A DNA stretch of 64,000 nt from Phallusia mammillata. Taxonomy: Eukaryota. The position numbers and the translations under genes were made by a program. The DNA lies in NCBI GenBank assembly GCA_965637545.1, contig OZ281500.1:18662001-18726000 (forward strand), written 5' to 3'. The stretch's first letter is position 1; each line of letters starts with the position of its first letter. Positions 48,751 to 61,880 of the stretch are shown one piece after another. A model generated the notes under the pieces. The model was not told the DNA's origin, did not search any database, and saw only the letters and a program-made list of their open reading frames with translations.

Positions 48751-48948
48751 CGGGGGTCGGCAACCTTTTTTGTATTGCAGACCGTTTTTGAAACTGAAAA
48801 TTTATCGCGGACCGGCGTTCAAAACCCTACAAATATTCTGCTATAACAACGACTAAATTAGTTTATTATCTCCGGGATACATGGACGATGCTTCAAAGCA
48901 TTTGATATGACAAAAATATACGTCGCGGACCGGGGTTGCCGACCACTG
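48751..48948. mobile_element. hAT-type MITE
   Basis: CGGGGGTCGGCAACC...GGTTGCCGACCACTG; empty paralogous site at ~50824 (TTTATACATTAAGGCGTGTCAC). Confidence 0.8.
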
Positions 48949-50451
48949 CATTAGGGCATGTCACGATGCGCATTTATGCGCCCCCGCAGAATGTATTTGG
49001 TGTTTTAACCTGTATTGCCACATAAGAGTGAATTTTAACAAATGAATTTTTGCAAATTTTGTTTAACAAAGTTGTTTACATCTGGAAGGCCCGACTTTAC
49101 CCAGTACAAGACAGATGGGGAAACACTTGTGAAACAATACAAGCCATTGCAGTTTATTGTTGGCGAATGAAGACGTTGTTATTAACAAGGGGCGCTAGAA
49201 TTTTCATGGCTTGTAAGATGCTGAAATGACCAGATAGAACCACAGTTTTTTATGTAGTTTGTCAAACGACCCTGATACAAAAAATTGTGTACAAAAGTTG
49301 TCGTCTCCCAATCACTCGTTTGACTAGAAAAACAAGGGTTGTGAAGCACTGACATAGGCATTGCAGGTATTTTTCACACGATCAACCACTATAAGGCAGT
49401 TAAGTCAGATGCATCCACTTCACACGAAAAACTCAAATTCCAATAAAAACCATTCCACTAGGGGGCGCCAACTTGTTGCCCTTATTTATAGGTTATGGGC
49501 GACTCTCCGCTTTAAGTTTTCGAAGTAACTTTTTGGTTCACATCTTTTTTGTTCTAATTTGCAATTGTCATAAACGCATCGCCAAATGAGGTCAATGTCA
49601 TGTTATATGAAACAGGTCTCGCATGTTTCTGACTTGATGGTCTGTGTTTTCTTTGTAAACTCGAGTCATATTGCATGTTTGTTGTTTATTGTATTTTGCG
49701 AATCGAAAGCTCAACAACCCACAGTTGCAATGGTAGGTTATATTTATATAATGCGAGATACAGTTTGGAGATAAAATACTACAGGTAAAGAATACAAACA
49801 ATAAATGCCTCAAAAACTAGCCAAAACACGCTGAATAAAATGCTAAACAAACTAAGCTGATGACCTTGTCTTTAAGATTGGTGACACAAGCGCTTGGTGA
49901 TATGAACGATTGTAATGCATTTAGCGCATAAAAGCTTTTTGTGAACTGTTTTTTTGCATACATTTTGAAAAAGCATAAACTTAATTACGTCATCCGTAAT
50001 GTTTGCTCTTTAACATGTAAGTGGAAAGCAAAATTGGGCAAGTTTTTTTTAGCATTTTTAAACAGATCAAAATAGCAATGACTTAATTAGCAAAAACAGG
50101 GAAATCTTCTAAACACACAACTAGATTACATCTTTCTTGAGCTTAAAGCAATACATCTTAGTTATATATTCACGGCAAAAAGTTGGCTATACACCTTGTA
50201 CAATAGTAAGTTGTTAATACACATTACATTACAATTGTCATCAGAGCTACACATATTAGGTATTATCTTCCAGTTTGCAAATCAAGTTCATAAAAATCAC
50301 ATCAAAAAGCATTTGTTTTTAAAAGGTAAATGGCAAAACGTTATCATAGATAACTGGGTCTAAATCTATTAAAATTAGTACAATGATTTTAAAATAATAT
50401 TTTGTTTACTGTAGGGCAATGATACGGTAATGACATGCCTTGATTTTTCGA

Positions 50452-50483
50452 CTAGTATGTTGGTATCGCGATGGTTGTTCCAC
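50452..50483 (-). pseudogene. Family B remnant (only the last codons, stop and 3' flank retained)
   Basis: 3' flank and ...CGATACCAACATACTAG match the B1 end. The sequence then switches at TCCAC to DNA homologous to 48239 onward, so most of the gene is deleted. Confidence 0.7.
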
Positions 50484-52411
50484 TTTTGTCATGTAGGCAA
50501 TCCATTGTTTATAAAATTTTACAGCAAATAAGTTTTTGAAAGGTCAACGGCAACTCTTCCTTTGTCCAATTTTGTAAAGTTTGGTCTCTTAGCGAATTTT
50601 CTTTTTTGCATTAATTACCTGCGGTCAAAAGTTTTTTTACTGTTTCGATATAACAGTCTGATTTATTTTGTGTTTTAAACTTTCACGATTGCGTTTATTT
50701 TGGTTTCCAGTGTAAACAAAGATAGCTACATGTCATTTTTCTCGATTAAAGTCGCATAAGCTTTCCAACGCACCCCAGTAGAAAAAAAATATTCGCACTA
50801 ATATAATTTTTGTCGCTGTTTATACATTAAGGCGTGTCACGATGCGCATTTATGCGCCCCCGCATTAAGTATTTTGGTGCTTTAACCTGTATTGCCACAT
50901 GTCAGCGAATTTTGACAGTCATTGCAGCAAACTAAACGTTTACAATCTATTTGTCGTTTATAAGTAATTGTATCAGTCATTGTTTGTCTTGGGTTTAGTA
51001 TCAGATTGTGCAGACGTGTCAATTTTTTGGGGATGTTAACGTGATGAGGGAAATAATTACATTATAACGTTACTTCTTCAAAACGCCATGTGTTGTTTGT
51101 TATTTAATATCTTAAATTTATACTTTATCACCATACACATAACGAATTTTTTACCCTCGCATTGAGCAAGTAAACTAAGGTTGCGAGATAAAGGGACGTT
51201 ATTTTCTGGACATTCCAGTTTTTTCTGCAGTGACAGGCGGAAAATTCATTAAACATCGAAGTGTTCACATGCCTGCAACTTACTTATTTGTAATGGCTTT
51301 ATACTTTAGCTCCAAGTATTTCATCATTTTTGAAAGTGGCTCTAAGTGCTTTATAATTTATGAAAATGGCTCTAAGTATTTAATCTTTTTTGAAAACAGT
51401 GCTTACACATTTATTCGAACCTTTTGAAACAACTTACTTCAATCAATTGAACAAGAAACGTTTTAACAAATGCCAAACAAGTAGACACGTATGTGTCATT
51501 GTAAGCGTATTTCCCCAAACAAGTCCACCTACTCTTTGGTACATGCTTTTTGTTGACTTTCTATTGATCCCAATGGATTTACTAGAGGTGTTTGTTTTCT
51601 TTGTAACTCGAGTCATTTTGTATGTTTGTTGTTTGTGTGACTAACTGTATTCAAAGCAAAACAACCAACATTTGCCAGTGGTATATTGTTGACTTTAATG
51701 GAATCGGGCTCAATGCGCGGTGTAGTTTGGCTATAAAAAGTTGGGTAAATAGAACATGCACAAATAAATAATAAAAAAACTGAGCTAATGGCTTTGTCCT
51801 GATGATGGCCTCAGCGATTGTTAAAATGAATGCATTGGAATGTATATTTTTCACGCCTCTTGTAAGCTTTGTTTTTGCACAACTTTTGAAAAAGAATGAA
51901 CTTAACTACGTTTTCCGTAAAGTCTGCTTTGTTACGTGTTAATTACAAGCAAAATTGGACAATTTTTTAAGCTAAACAGATCAAAATAGCAATTACCTAT
52001 TTAGCAAAAACAGAAAAATCAACTAAACACACTAGTAGATAACATTGTTTTGTGGAGCTTAAAGCAATTCATCTTAGCTACAAATACATTGCCAAAACTG
52101 TTTACTTACAAACTAAAACGTCTGTATGGAACCGAAGTTGGCTAAAATACTTTGTAGATAGTAAGTTGTCAATACACAATACATTACGGTTCTCAGTGCA
52201 GCTATACATATAAAGTTTATTATATTATGCAGTATTCAATTAAAGTTCAGTAAAAAATCATATCAAATCGTATTTGTTTTTAAAAGGTAACTGGCAAAAC
52301 GTTGTCATAGATAACTGTGTTCATATTTAATTATTCTAATACAAAGATTTTGATATGATTTTTTTACTGGATATGCATACGGTAATGATAAGCCTTGGTT
52401 GTTAGGTAATT

Positions 52412-53138
52412 TTAGTATGCTGGTGTCGCGGTATTTGTTCCAGCGTTATGGCGAATCACGCAGATTCTAATGGCGCCGCCCACTATTGAACCGAGACCGA
52501 TGGCCATAAGAGTTGCTCCAAAGATGATGGAAACATACCACAACACTAAAAATCCGGCCACCATGCAAATTCCACCAGAAGTAAAGAGACCAATTAGTTG
52601 GTTTCGGTGTTGTTGCACTGCAACAGAAAAAAAATGGTCAGGTTTTTATACTTATTTATCAGTAAAACATAGCTAGATAGAAAAAAAGTATGTAAAAACA
52701 AGTAATGTAAATGACATTTCACTGATGTTTTTTTATACCAATGATTTCGTTACCGGTGTTGGCATTTCGCGACAGAAAACGCTTTTTGTTTTCTTACGTT
52801 TTTAATTCAAATTAATTTTACCCACTTGAGGTTCACTTGAGGGAGTGGTTATTACTTATAACCAGGTAGATTCTGAAACACTAAAAGTTATTTGCTTGAA
52901 AATGCTAAAAACAAGTCATATGAATAGACTTTTTACATATAGTTTTTGTACTAATGATTCCGCGGGTGTTTGTTAGTCCGCGACCAAAATTGCTTTTTAA
53001 TTCCATACGATTAAAAATTTCTTCAATCCCACGTAAAATTCGCGAGTGGTTATACCTTATAACGAGGCAAAAATAGAAAAGTTTTTAAAACACAAAAAAT
53101 GTTATGCTTGCAATAATATGTAACTTACCGTCATTCAT
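52412..53138 (-). CDS. Array B gene B2
   Basis: Micro-exon 53138-53129 (MND, G|GTAAG) plus exon 52617-52412: VQQHRNQLIGLFTSGGICMVAGFLVLWYVSIIFGATLMAIGLGSIVGGAIRICVIRHNAGTNTATPAY. Confidence 0.8.
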
Positions 53139-53613
53139 CTTATTTGTTGAAAAAGGTATAAATTTTTTAGCAAAAAATATAAAAAATTTTAGCTTCTGTA
53201 GCAAAAAATAAAAAAGGCATAAAACTGCAACATTTAAGAATGTCACAAGCTAAATGTTAAACAGCAAAATCGACAACTATTCCATCACTGTGAGGTAATC
53301 ATTTTTGCACAATTTACTGTGTAATCAACCAACATTTTCGGTAGCAGAGCTCATTTTTATTTTCCGTTTCACGGAAATTACAGCTGTTTTATAAGTTGAC
53401 CTACGTTTGCTCACGAAGATAACAAATGTTTACCAAGTAGACCTCAGTTTCGCCTTATATTGTAGGTAAATCAAAACACACAAGTGGAATGTTTTGGTAG
53501 TCATGTGTTTGTTTTGAAAACTCCTCGGTTAATAATCGGAAAACGCCTTTCCTGTGATATCCATGGTTACTCATCCGCATTTTTGATCAAAAACTTTTGA
53601 GGTAGATATAGGT

Positions 53614-54199
53614 CAGGTGTGGCCAACACGTCGATCGCGATCGACTGGTCGATCGCCTGCTTTTGACTGGTCGATCGCCTGCTTTTGACTGGTCGATCGC
53701 CACTAAATTCTCCACAACTAATCAAACGCTTATTAATTGAAAAACAAATTAAATATTATAAAACAGCACTTCTGTCATTTTGAAACAACGCACACATGTG
53801 TAATAAGACAATACCTAAGTAATTGTCACTTTCTTTGTTGCGTAACAATTGTTATTTTGGCACCAAATTATGTCGTAACAACTACAATGTTTGTCGTCAC
53901 AACTTGAGTGTTTGCTTTAACGAAGCTGTTGCTATTGATTGGGGAGATTTAAAAGTTCCCACTGACTACTTTGATAAAAATTGTGTGCATATGCGACGTT
54001 TTATTGTTGTAATAACTAGGTGATGCTTGCCAACAAAACTCATGACCATAAATATGTGGCAATTGTCAAGCAAATCGCATGAAAAAATTTGCGTTATTGC
54101 TTTGTGTTAGTGTCAGCCTAAATTACGACTGATCAGTCGATCGCGTACAATTAAGAAAATTTTCGTCGATCTTAACGACTGGCAAGTTGGCCACCCCTG
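53614..54199. mobile_element. hAT-type MITE with internal 22-bp tandem repeat
   Basis: TIRs CAGGTGTGGCCAAC...GTTGGCCACCCCTG; perfect TSD ATATAGGT; GACTGGTCGATCGCCTGCTTTT repeats near the left end. Confidence 0.9.
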
Positions 54200-55933
54200 A
54201 TATAGGTCAACCGCACTGAAACCTCATTTTTATAAAATAAACTGAGTTCAGCCACGAAACGGAAATATTCTGCGACGCCTTTGGAAAATTGAAACGACGC
54301 ACAGTTTGAGAACCACACTATGTTATTAAAAGTCTAGTCAAGTCATATACATCCACTTTACAAGAATAACTCAAATTCCAATATAAACCCATTCCGCGCC
54401 AATTTGTTGCCCTTGTTAGATGCCATAATTTTTTGTTCAGCCACTCTTTGCTTTTACTTTTCGACGTCTACTTAAAGTTACTTTCCCTTTGTTCCAGTAT
54501 GCAAATGTCGCAACGGCATCGGCCAAATGAGCTTATTGCTACCGACAGGTCTCACATGTTTCATACCAGCCATTTCACAAAACTAAACGTTTGTAATCTA
54601 TTCCGTGTTTATCAGTACGTGATGTTCGTTTGAGGCAAGTGCATCTCAAACCAATACCAAATCGTGCAGGCTTGTCATGTTTGTTGAATTTTAAAGTGTT
54701 GAGACAAATACTAGCATTGTGACGCTCCTTTTTCCAAACGCCATGTGGTTTACCAGTTTTTCTTAACTCCATACTTTATCACCCAACGTGACAAAAGTTT
54801 TGCACTCCGCTAAAGTAAACTGAACTAAGTCTTTCAGACAAAGGGACGTTTTTTTCTGACCAAGTCACAAAAATAGTATTGCTTCCTGTGAGTTGTCCAT
54901 CAAAAGTTATATTTTCAATTGTTTGGAAGTATTTTATTGTAGGTAAGCTGCAGACGTTGCACACTGTTTTGACCTATGTGGTTTCATAATTGCAGCTAGA
55001 AACAAGCCGTTGATCATTAGGCCAGTGGTACACACTTTTTTTAGCAGTAACAGCCTTAAACGTCATTGTAGATCGAAACAGTGTTCGCTTTTTGCAACGT
55101 AGACATGTATGTGCTATTGTAAGTCCTAAAACAAGTCCACCTACTCTTTGGTTCATGCTGTTTGTTGACTTTCTATTAATTCCAAGCGGATTGACTTGAT
55201 GTGTATATTTTCTTTGTAAAGTCGAGTCATGCTCCATGTTTATTGTTTGTGTGACTAACTGTATTCAAATCAAATCTAAAGCAAAACAACCCACAGTTGC
55301 CAGTGGTATAGTGCTTTTATATAGTTGGGGGATAAAAAGTGCGCCAAAAAGAACATGGTTTGTCAAACGAAAGGTTTCAAAAAATTAAATAATGAAAACA
55401 AACTGAACTGATGGCCCACCTACATACACGCCTCTTGTAAGCTTTATGTTTTCACAACTTTTAAAAAGCATAAATATAACTACATTTTATGTTTGCTCTT
55501 TTTCATGTGAGTTACAAGCAAATTGAAACAAAAAATTAGCTTTCCCCAAATATATTAAAATTGCAATTACCTACTAAGCGAAAACAGGATAATCAACTTA
55601 ACACAGCTAGATTAAAATTTATCAGGAGCAACTAGATTACACTTTATATGGAGCTCAATACATCTTAGTTACATATACCTTACAAAAACTGTTTACGTAT
55701 CAATTAAAAATGTTTATATGACTCCAAAGTTGGCTACTCTATTTGTAAGATAGTATGCTGTCAATATAGGCTACACTGTATATACTTTACGATTGTCAGT
55801 AGAGCTATACACATAAAGTTAATTATACGATAAAGTTGTCAATCCAAATGATAATTTGTTTCTTGGATTTTGGATACGTTCATGACTAGCCTTGATTATT
55901 CGACTGGTAGTCCATGTCTGGCGTTGAGTAATT

Positions 55934-56640
55934 CTAGTTCGCTGGTCCAGTTTGTTGAAGCGGGACTGCTGGTTGGTGGTAATTTGTGGTCATTGGTGGC
56001 TGTGTACCTTGTACAACAGTAGTCTGCGGGTAGGTGGTGGTTACCATGCTTGTTCCTGTGCTGTATGGTTGCTGACCAATTGCGATGGTTGTTTCTGCGT
56101 TCTGGCAAACCTGGCAACTTCTAATTGCGCCGCCCAATATGAAACCTAGTCCAATGGCTAAAAGTACTGCCCCAAAGACGATGGAAGCAAACAACAACAC
56201 TAATATTCCGGAAAGCAAGCAAATGCCACCAGAAGTAAAGAGACCGACTAGTTGGTTTCGCTGTTGTTGCGCTGCAACAGAAACAAAACAACTTTTGTCA
56301 GGCTTTGATATTTATCAGTAAAACATAGTTAGATAGGAAAGATGGTAACAGCAAGTCCTGTGAATACTATTTTAGTGATGGTTTTTATACTAATGATTTT
56401 ACCAGTTTTTGTGAGTTGGCCATCAAAATTGCTTTTTAACTCTTTATGTTTACAAACATTAGCCTATACCCACGAAGGGTTTGCGAGTGGTTATAACTTA
56501 TAACGAGACAAATATTAAAACTATTCTGAAACATTAAAAAAATTTCTGCTTGCAAATATATGTAACTTACCGTTATTTTGGACGATGGTTCCTCGGTTGC
56601 TTTGTGCCATAACGATCGTTGGGGTTTGTTGAGAATTCAT
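55934..56640 (-). CDS. Array B gene B3 (long Pro/Gln/Thr tail)
   Basis: Exon 56640-56571 (MNSQQTPTIVMAQSNRGTIVQNN) plus exon 56271-55934: AQQQRNQLVGLFTSGGICLLSGILVLLFASIVFGAVLLAIGLGFILGGAIRSC...QQPYS...YPQTTVVQ...GPAN. Confidence 0.85.
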
Positions 56641-58078
56641 CGTTTTTGTTGAAGAAGGTATAAAAATTGCACCTTAATAATTACCCAAAGTTTGTGAAGA
56701 CTTCTGTAGCAAAAAGTTGTTAAGGCGTAAAACTATAAAATTTAAGAATGGCTCAAGATAAAATACCTATCTATTACTGCAAAGGCAATCTTTTCTGTAC
56801 AATTTACTCTGTAATCAACTAAAACATTTTTTGGTTTACTCACGAAAATTAAGTTACAAATGTTTTATATAAGGCTCGCGAAAATTACAATTAACTCGTA
56901 TATATAGCTCATTTTTAGTTCACGTTTTACAAAAAATACAGCTGCTTTATATGTAAACCTCAGTTCTTGTTTACGTTTTCTGACGAAAGTTACCAAACTA
57001 AACCTCATTTTTAGTTTACGTTTGCTCACGAAAGTAACAAATGCTTCATAAGTAAATCTCAGTTTCAACTTATATTGTAGGTAAATCAAAACACGAAAGT
57101 GGAATGATTGGGTTTCCTGTGCACACACTCGTGTGTTTGTTTTTGTGACTCCTCGGTAAAAAGGACACGCGGAATACAAAGTGTTATGGTTTTGTTCTGT
57201 AGTCCTCCTTGGTGAGAACTGTATCCAAACCAAGTTCAAAGCAAAACGTTTTAACAATGCCAGCCAAGTAGACACGTATGTGTCATTGTAAGCTTATTTC
57301 CCAAAATAAGTTCGCCTACTTTCTGATACATAAAAAGTGCGGTGAAGAGAACATGGGTTGTCAAACAAAAATTGCTTATATCAAAAAAAATAATATCAAA
57401 AAAGTGAACCAATAGAAATAAACTAAACTTTTGCTAATGATTATTTTTTTGAAACGAATGGATTGTAATGTATTTGTATATAAGCCTATCTTGAGCTTTG
57501 TATTTTGCACAGTTTTTGAAAAAGCATGAAGATAACTACGTTTTCCGTAATGTTTGCTTTTTTACATGTTAGTTACAAGCGAAATTGGAAAAGTTTTTTC
57601 CTAGCTTTTCCCAAACATGTCAAAATTGCAATTGCCTATTAAGCAAAAACAGGAAAATCAAATAAACACACAACTAAACTACATTTTACCTGGAGCTTAA
57701 AGCAATACATTGTAGTTATATATACCTGACAAAAACTGTTAACGTATCGATTGACAATTGACCCGAAGTTGGCTATTCTACTTTGTTAGATAGAAGTTGT
57801 CAATAGGCTACACAGTATATACTTTGCAATTGTCGGTAGAGCTAAGCAGTAAGTTAATTATATTGTGCAGTTATCAAATCAAGTTCAGAAAAACAATCAG
57901 ATCAAATCGTATTTGTTTTATAAAAGTTAATGACAAAAAGATGTCATAAATAACTGCGTCCAAATTTATTTAGTTTACTACAAGGATTTCAAAATTATGA
58001 TTTGTTTACTGGATATGGATACGATCATGACAAGCCTTGATTTTTCGACTGGCAGTGCATGCCTGGCCGTGGGTAATT

Positions 58079-58100
58079 CTAGTTTGCTGGTATCGGGATG
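58079..58100 (-). pseudogene. Family B remnant
   Basis: The 3' flank (~57300-58078) and GTAATTCTAGTTTGCTGG match the B3 stop region; the rest of the gene is absent. Confidence 0.6.
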
Positions 58101-59047
58101 TGTGTACTTGCGTACTGACGGGCCGCACAAATTCAGTTTTGCAGGAACAGGCTGAAGATTTATTATAGATCGAAACAGTGTTCACGGTCTGCAACTTACT
58201 TATTATGTAATAGCTGTATGCTTTATTTTATCATTATTGAAAACCGTGCGCACACATTTGTTCGTACCTCTTAAAACTACTTACTTCAACCATGAAACGT
58301 TTTAACAAATGCCAACCAAGTAGCCTATAGACACGCATGTGTCACTGTAAGCTTTTTTTCCTGAACTAGTCCGCCTACTCTCCAATACATGCTTTTTTGT
58401 TGACTACTATTGATTTCAAGCAGATTGACTTAGATGTGTATGTTTTCTTTGTAACTCGAGTCATACTCCATGTTTGTTGTTTGTGTGACTTAACTGTATC
58501 CAAAGCAAATCCAAAGCAAAACAACCCACAGTTGTCAGTTGTATTGTGCATACATTCATTCAGTCGGGCTCAATATGCGCGGTATACAAAAGGTACGGTA
58601 AAGAGAACATGGTTTGTCAAACAAAAAATGCCTTTAAGTTATGAAAACAAAAAACATTGATAAAAACAAACTGAGCTTGATGGCCTTTGATTATGACGTC
58701 AGCGATTTTTAAAATGAATAATCATATACAAGCCTCTTATGAGCTTTGTTTTTTGCACAATGTTTATAGACATGACTACATTTTTCGTAGTATTTGCTCT
58801 GTTACATGTTAGTTACAAAGTTGCACATTTTTTTCAGCCTTTCCCGAACATTTAAGTGTAACATCAAGAATCTGCGCGCCTGGCACGGAGCTGGTCTGAC
58901 ACTAGAATTCAATTTCTAAAAACACGCGGACGTTTATTCAGCATACGTATAGGGCACGTTTCAATTACGACCAAACAAAAATATACACGTTCAGTCACGC
59001 ATTTTTCTGCAAAAGAAAACATACTCTCAGAAAAATGGTAAATAGAA

Positions 59048-59615
59048 TTAATTGTATCCAAGCGGGACTGCTGGTTGGTGGTAGGTTGTGGTCATTGGTG
59101 GTTGTGTAGCTTGTACAACAGTAGTCTGTGGGTAGGTGGTGGTTACCATGCCAGTTCCTGTGCTGTACGGTGGCTGGCCATTGGTTGTTTTTGCGTTCTG
59201 TTGAGCCACACAGATTCTAATTGCGCCCCCCAATAATAAGCCCAGACCTATGGCTAAAATAACTGCCCCAATAATGATGGAAACAAACAACAACACTAAT
59301 ATTCCGGCTAACAAGAAAATGCCACCAGAAGTAAAGAGACCAATTAGTTGGTTTCGGTGTTGTTGAGCTGCAACAGAAAAGCAAATTGTCAGGTTTTAAT
59401 ATTCATTAATAAAACAAATTCAGAAAAAACAGTTGGCAAAATAAGTCACGTAAATGGCATTTCATCTATGTTTTTTATATAATGATTCCGTTACCGGTTT
59501 TCTGAAACACAAAAAGTGTTGTGCTTGCAAGGATATGTAACTTACCACTATTTTGCACGATGGTTTCTCGGTTGCTTTGTTCCAGAACGACCGTTTGGGT
59601 TGGTTGAATATTCAT
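59048..59615 (-). CDS. Array B gene B4 (long tail, altered C-terminus)
   Basis: Exon 59615-59546 (MNIQPTQTVVLEQSNRETIVQNS) plus exon 59367-59048: AQQHRNQLIGLFTSGGIFLLAGILVLLFVSIIIGAVILAIGLGLLLGGAIRIC...QPPYS...PAVPLGYN. Confidence 0.85.
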
Positions 59616-60519
59616 CGTTGTTGAAAAAATTTGTAAAAATTTTGCCTTAATAATTACCCACAAATGTTTTTTTGTACTTTTGTAGCAAAAAATTGAAAAA
59701 AGTTGTTAAGGCGTAAACCATAAAATTTAGGAATGGCAAAATTTAAAATATTAAACAGCAAAGTAGACACCTATTCTATTAGAGTAAAGGCAATCACTTC
59801 TGTACACATTCTATTTGGAAAGGAGACCTCAGTTTTCGTTTACATTCGTTCACGAAAATTTCAGTTGTTTCATAAGTAGTCTTCAGTTTCAGTTTACGTT
59901 TCACGAAAATTAGAAATGTTTTATAAGTAAACCTTAGTTTCCACTTGCACTGTGCGTAAATTAAAACATTCAAGTGAAATGATTGATTTTCCCGTGCACG
60001 CACACATATGCTTGTTTTTGTTACTCCACGATAATAAGGACACACGTTATGGAATACAAGCTTATATTTTGACTTTCATATTTTAATTACCCCATTCTGG
60101 TCATGCAGTTCAACTTACGGCATCATTTTTTTTATAGCTTCCCATAGCACAAAATAGGAAAAATGGCAATCCAATTTTCAACGTATATTAAACTAGTGTA
60201 TAACAGGGGTCACCAAATTTTTTTCACAGCGGCCCGGATATTTTTATAAAAATGACGCGCGAGGGCTGTGTGGCTTAATTCCAAGCTCTGGCGCAGCCTT
60301 TCCCAAACTGGAACTCGCGAGGCAGTTTTGACGGGAATGTATTTTTTCGATCACAAGTAACAAAAGAATTGTTCGCACACAATTTTTCCTATGCGTTGTA
60401 ATCCTGATAGACTAGGTAAAATTATTACTAGAATCCGCGATAAAATGAACTTCAAACACACAACAAAACTTAACTTAATGCAATGTATTAAGCAAACCGT
60501 TTGCAATAAAACATCTTTA

Positions 60520-61880
60520 ATTTTATAATCAGTTACCAGCATTAGGCTGAATTTTCGGAAAACCGCATTTTGCTGTTTAGCTTTTAACTAATTACAAAGC
60601 CTTGCTTATAACAAATAAGTTAAACTTCGCAAGTATTTACAATAGTTACAACGGCTGCGCTGCAAGTGCCTCTTTAATTCAACAAATTTCGCTGTTAATC
60701 CCCATAATAAGCTAGTCACTGTCTGTTACAAGGGGCTGTTACTTCCTGTGCTAAACGAAATCTATTCAACGCTTTACATTGATCAGTTAGCAGAGCCATT
60801 GACAACGTTGCCAATCAATTCAATTCTAGCTTCCATTGTGTTTACCCCAAGCGACACTTGAATGGTCTGAATTACACACAAATGGATGGAATTTCATCGC
60901 GTCGTTTACCTGTTTTTCTAGTTTATTTCTTTTGTGTTCTGGATTACTCCTCTTGTCGTTTACAGTATCTGTTTAAATTCCACCCAATCTATTAAACAAA
61001 TACGTAGGGCGTTGGTGGCGTTTTCGCACTCCTAAACGTAGTAGATTGCTACAGTATCTGGATTTGCCATGTTTTTGTTAGTATGGTTTGCCAATGAAAA
61101 GCCTGGGAACGTTGTAATTAACAAGAGTCGCTTGTCAAAAGACAAAACAAAACGGATTCACGGATTGTGAGGTGCTAAAAAAAGCTACCAGATAGAACGA
61201 AAGTTCTGTTATATAGAATGTCAAATGACTCTTCGCAAGAAATTTGTCTACTAAAGTTGCCGTTACCCAATGACTCAATTGAAAAGAAAAAATGGATTGT
61301 AAAACACTGGCATAGGTCATATAGATATTTCTAACATAAGCAACCGCTACAAGTCTAGTTGAGTCAGATAGATCCACTTTACAAGCAAAACTCAAATTCC
61401 AATGTAAAGCCATTCCATCAAGGGGCGCCAACTTGTTTCCCTTAATAGATGTTATATTTTGTTATTTGCCCACTCTTTTTTTCGACGTCTACTTGAAGTT
61501 ATTTTTCGATTAACACCCTTTTTAGTCCGGTATGGAATTGTCGCAAAAGCATCGGTCGAATGTGGTTATTGTGTGTATAAATGTTTGGCCGCGAATGTTT
61601 CATAACGTTTGTAATATAATTCGTTTATCAGTAAGTGAGGTTTGTTTGGGAGCAAGTGCATCTAAAACCAATATTACATCGTGCAGATGGGTCGAACTTT
61701 TTGAGATTTGAAGTGTTGAATTAAATCATTGCATTGCAACGTTTCTTTTTCTAAACGTTGTGCGTCTTGTATTAGTTTTTGTTCAATTTATACATCAGCC
61801 TACATGACAAAAGTTTTACACCTCAATTAAGTAAAAAAAACTAAGAATTGTCAGAGAAAGGGATCTTATTTTCTGGTATG
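60520..61880 (-). pseudogene. Degenerate copy of A9 exon 1 and its upstream region
   Basis: Colinear with ~35280-36700 (GCATTTTGC..TTTAGCTTTTA..CCTTGCTT.TAACAAATAAGTTAAACT...). The ATG is retained (~60568), but the splice donor is lost and no exon 2 is seen. Confidence 0.6.
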
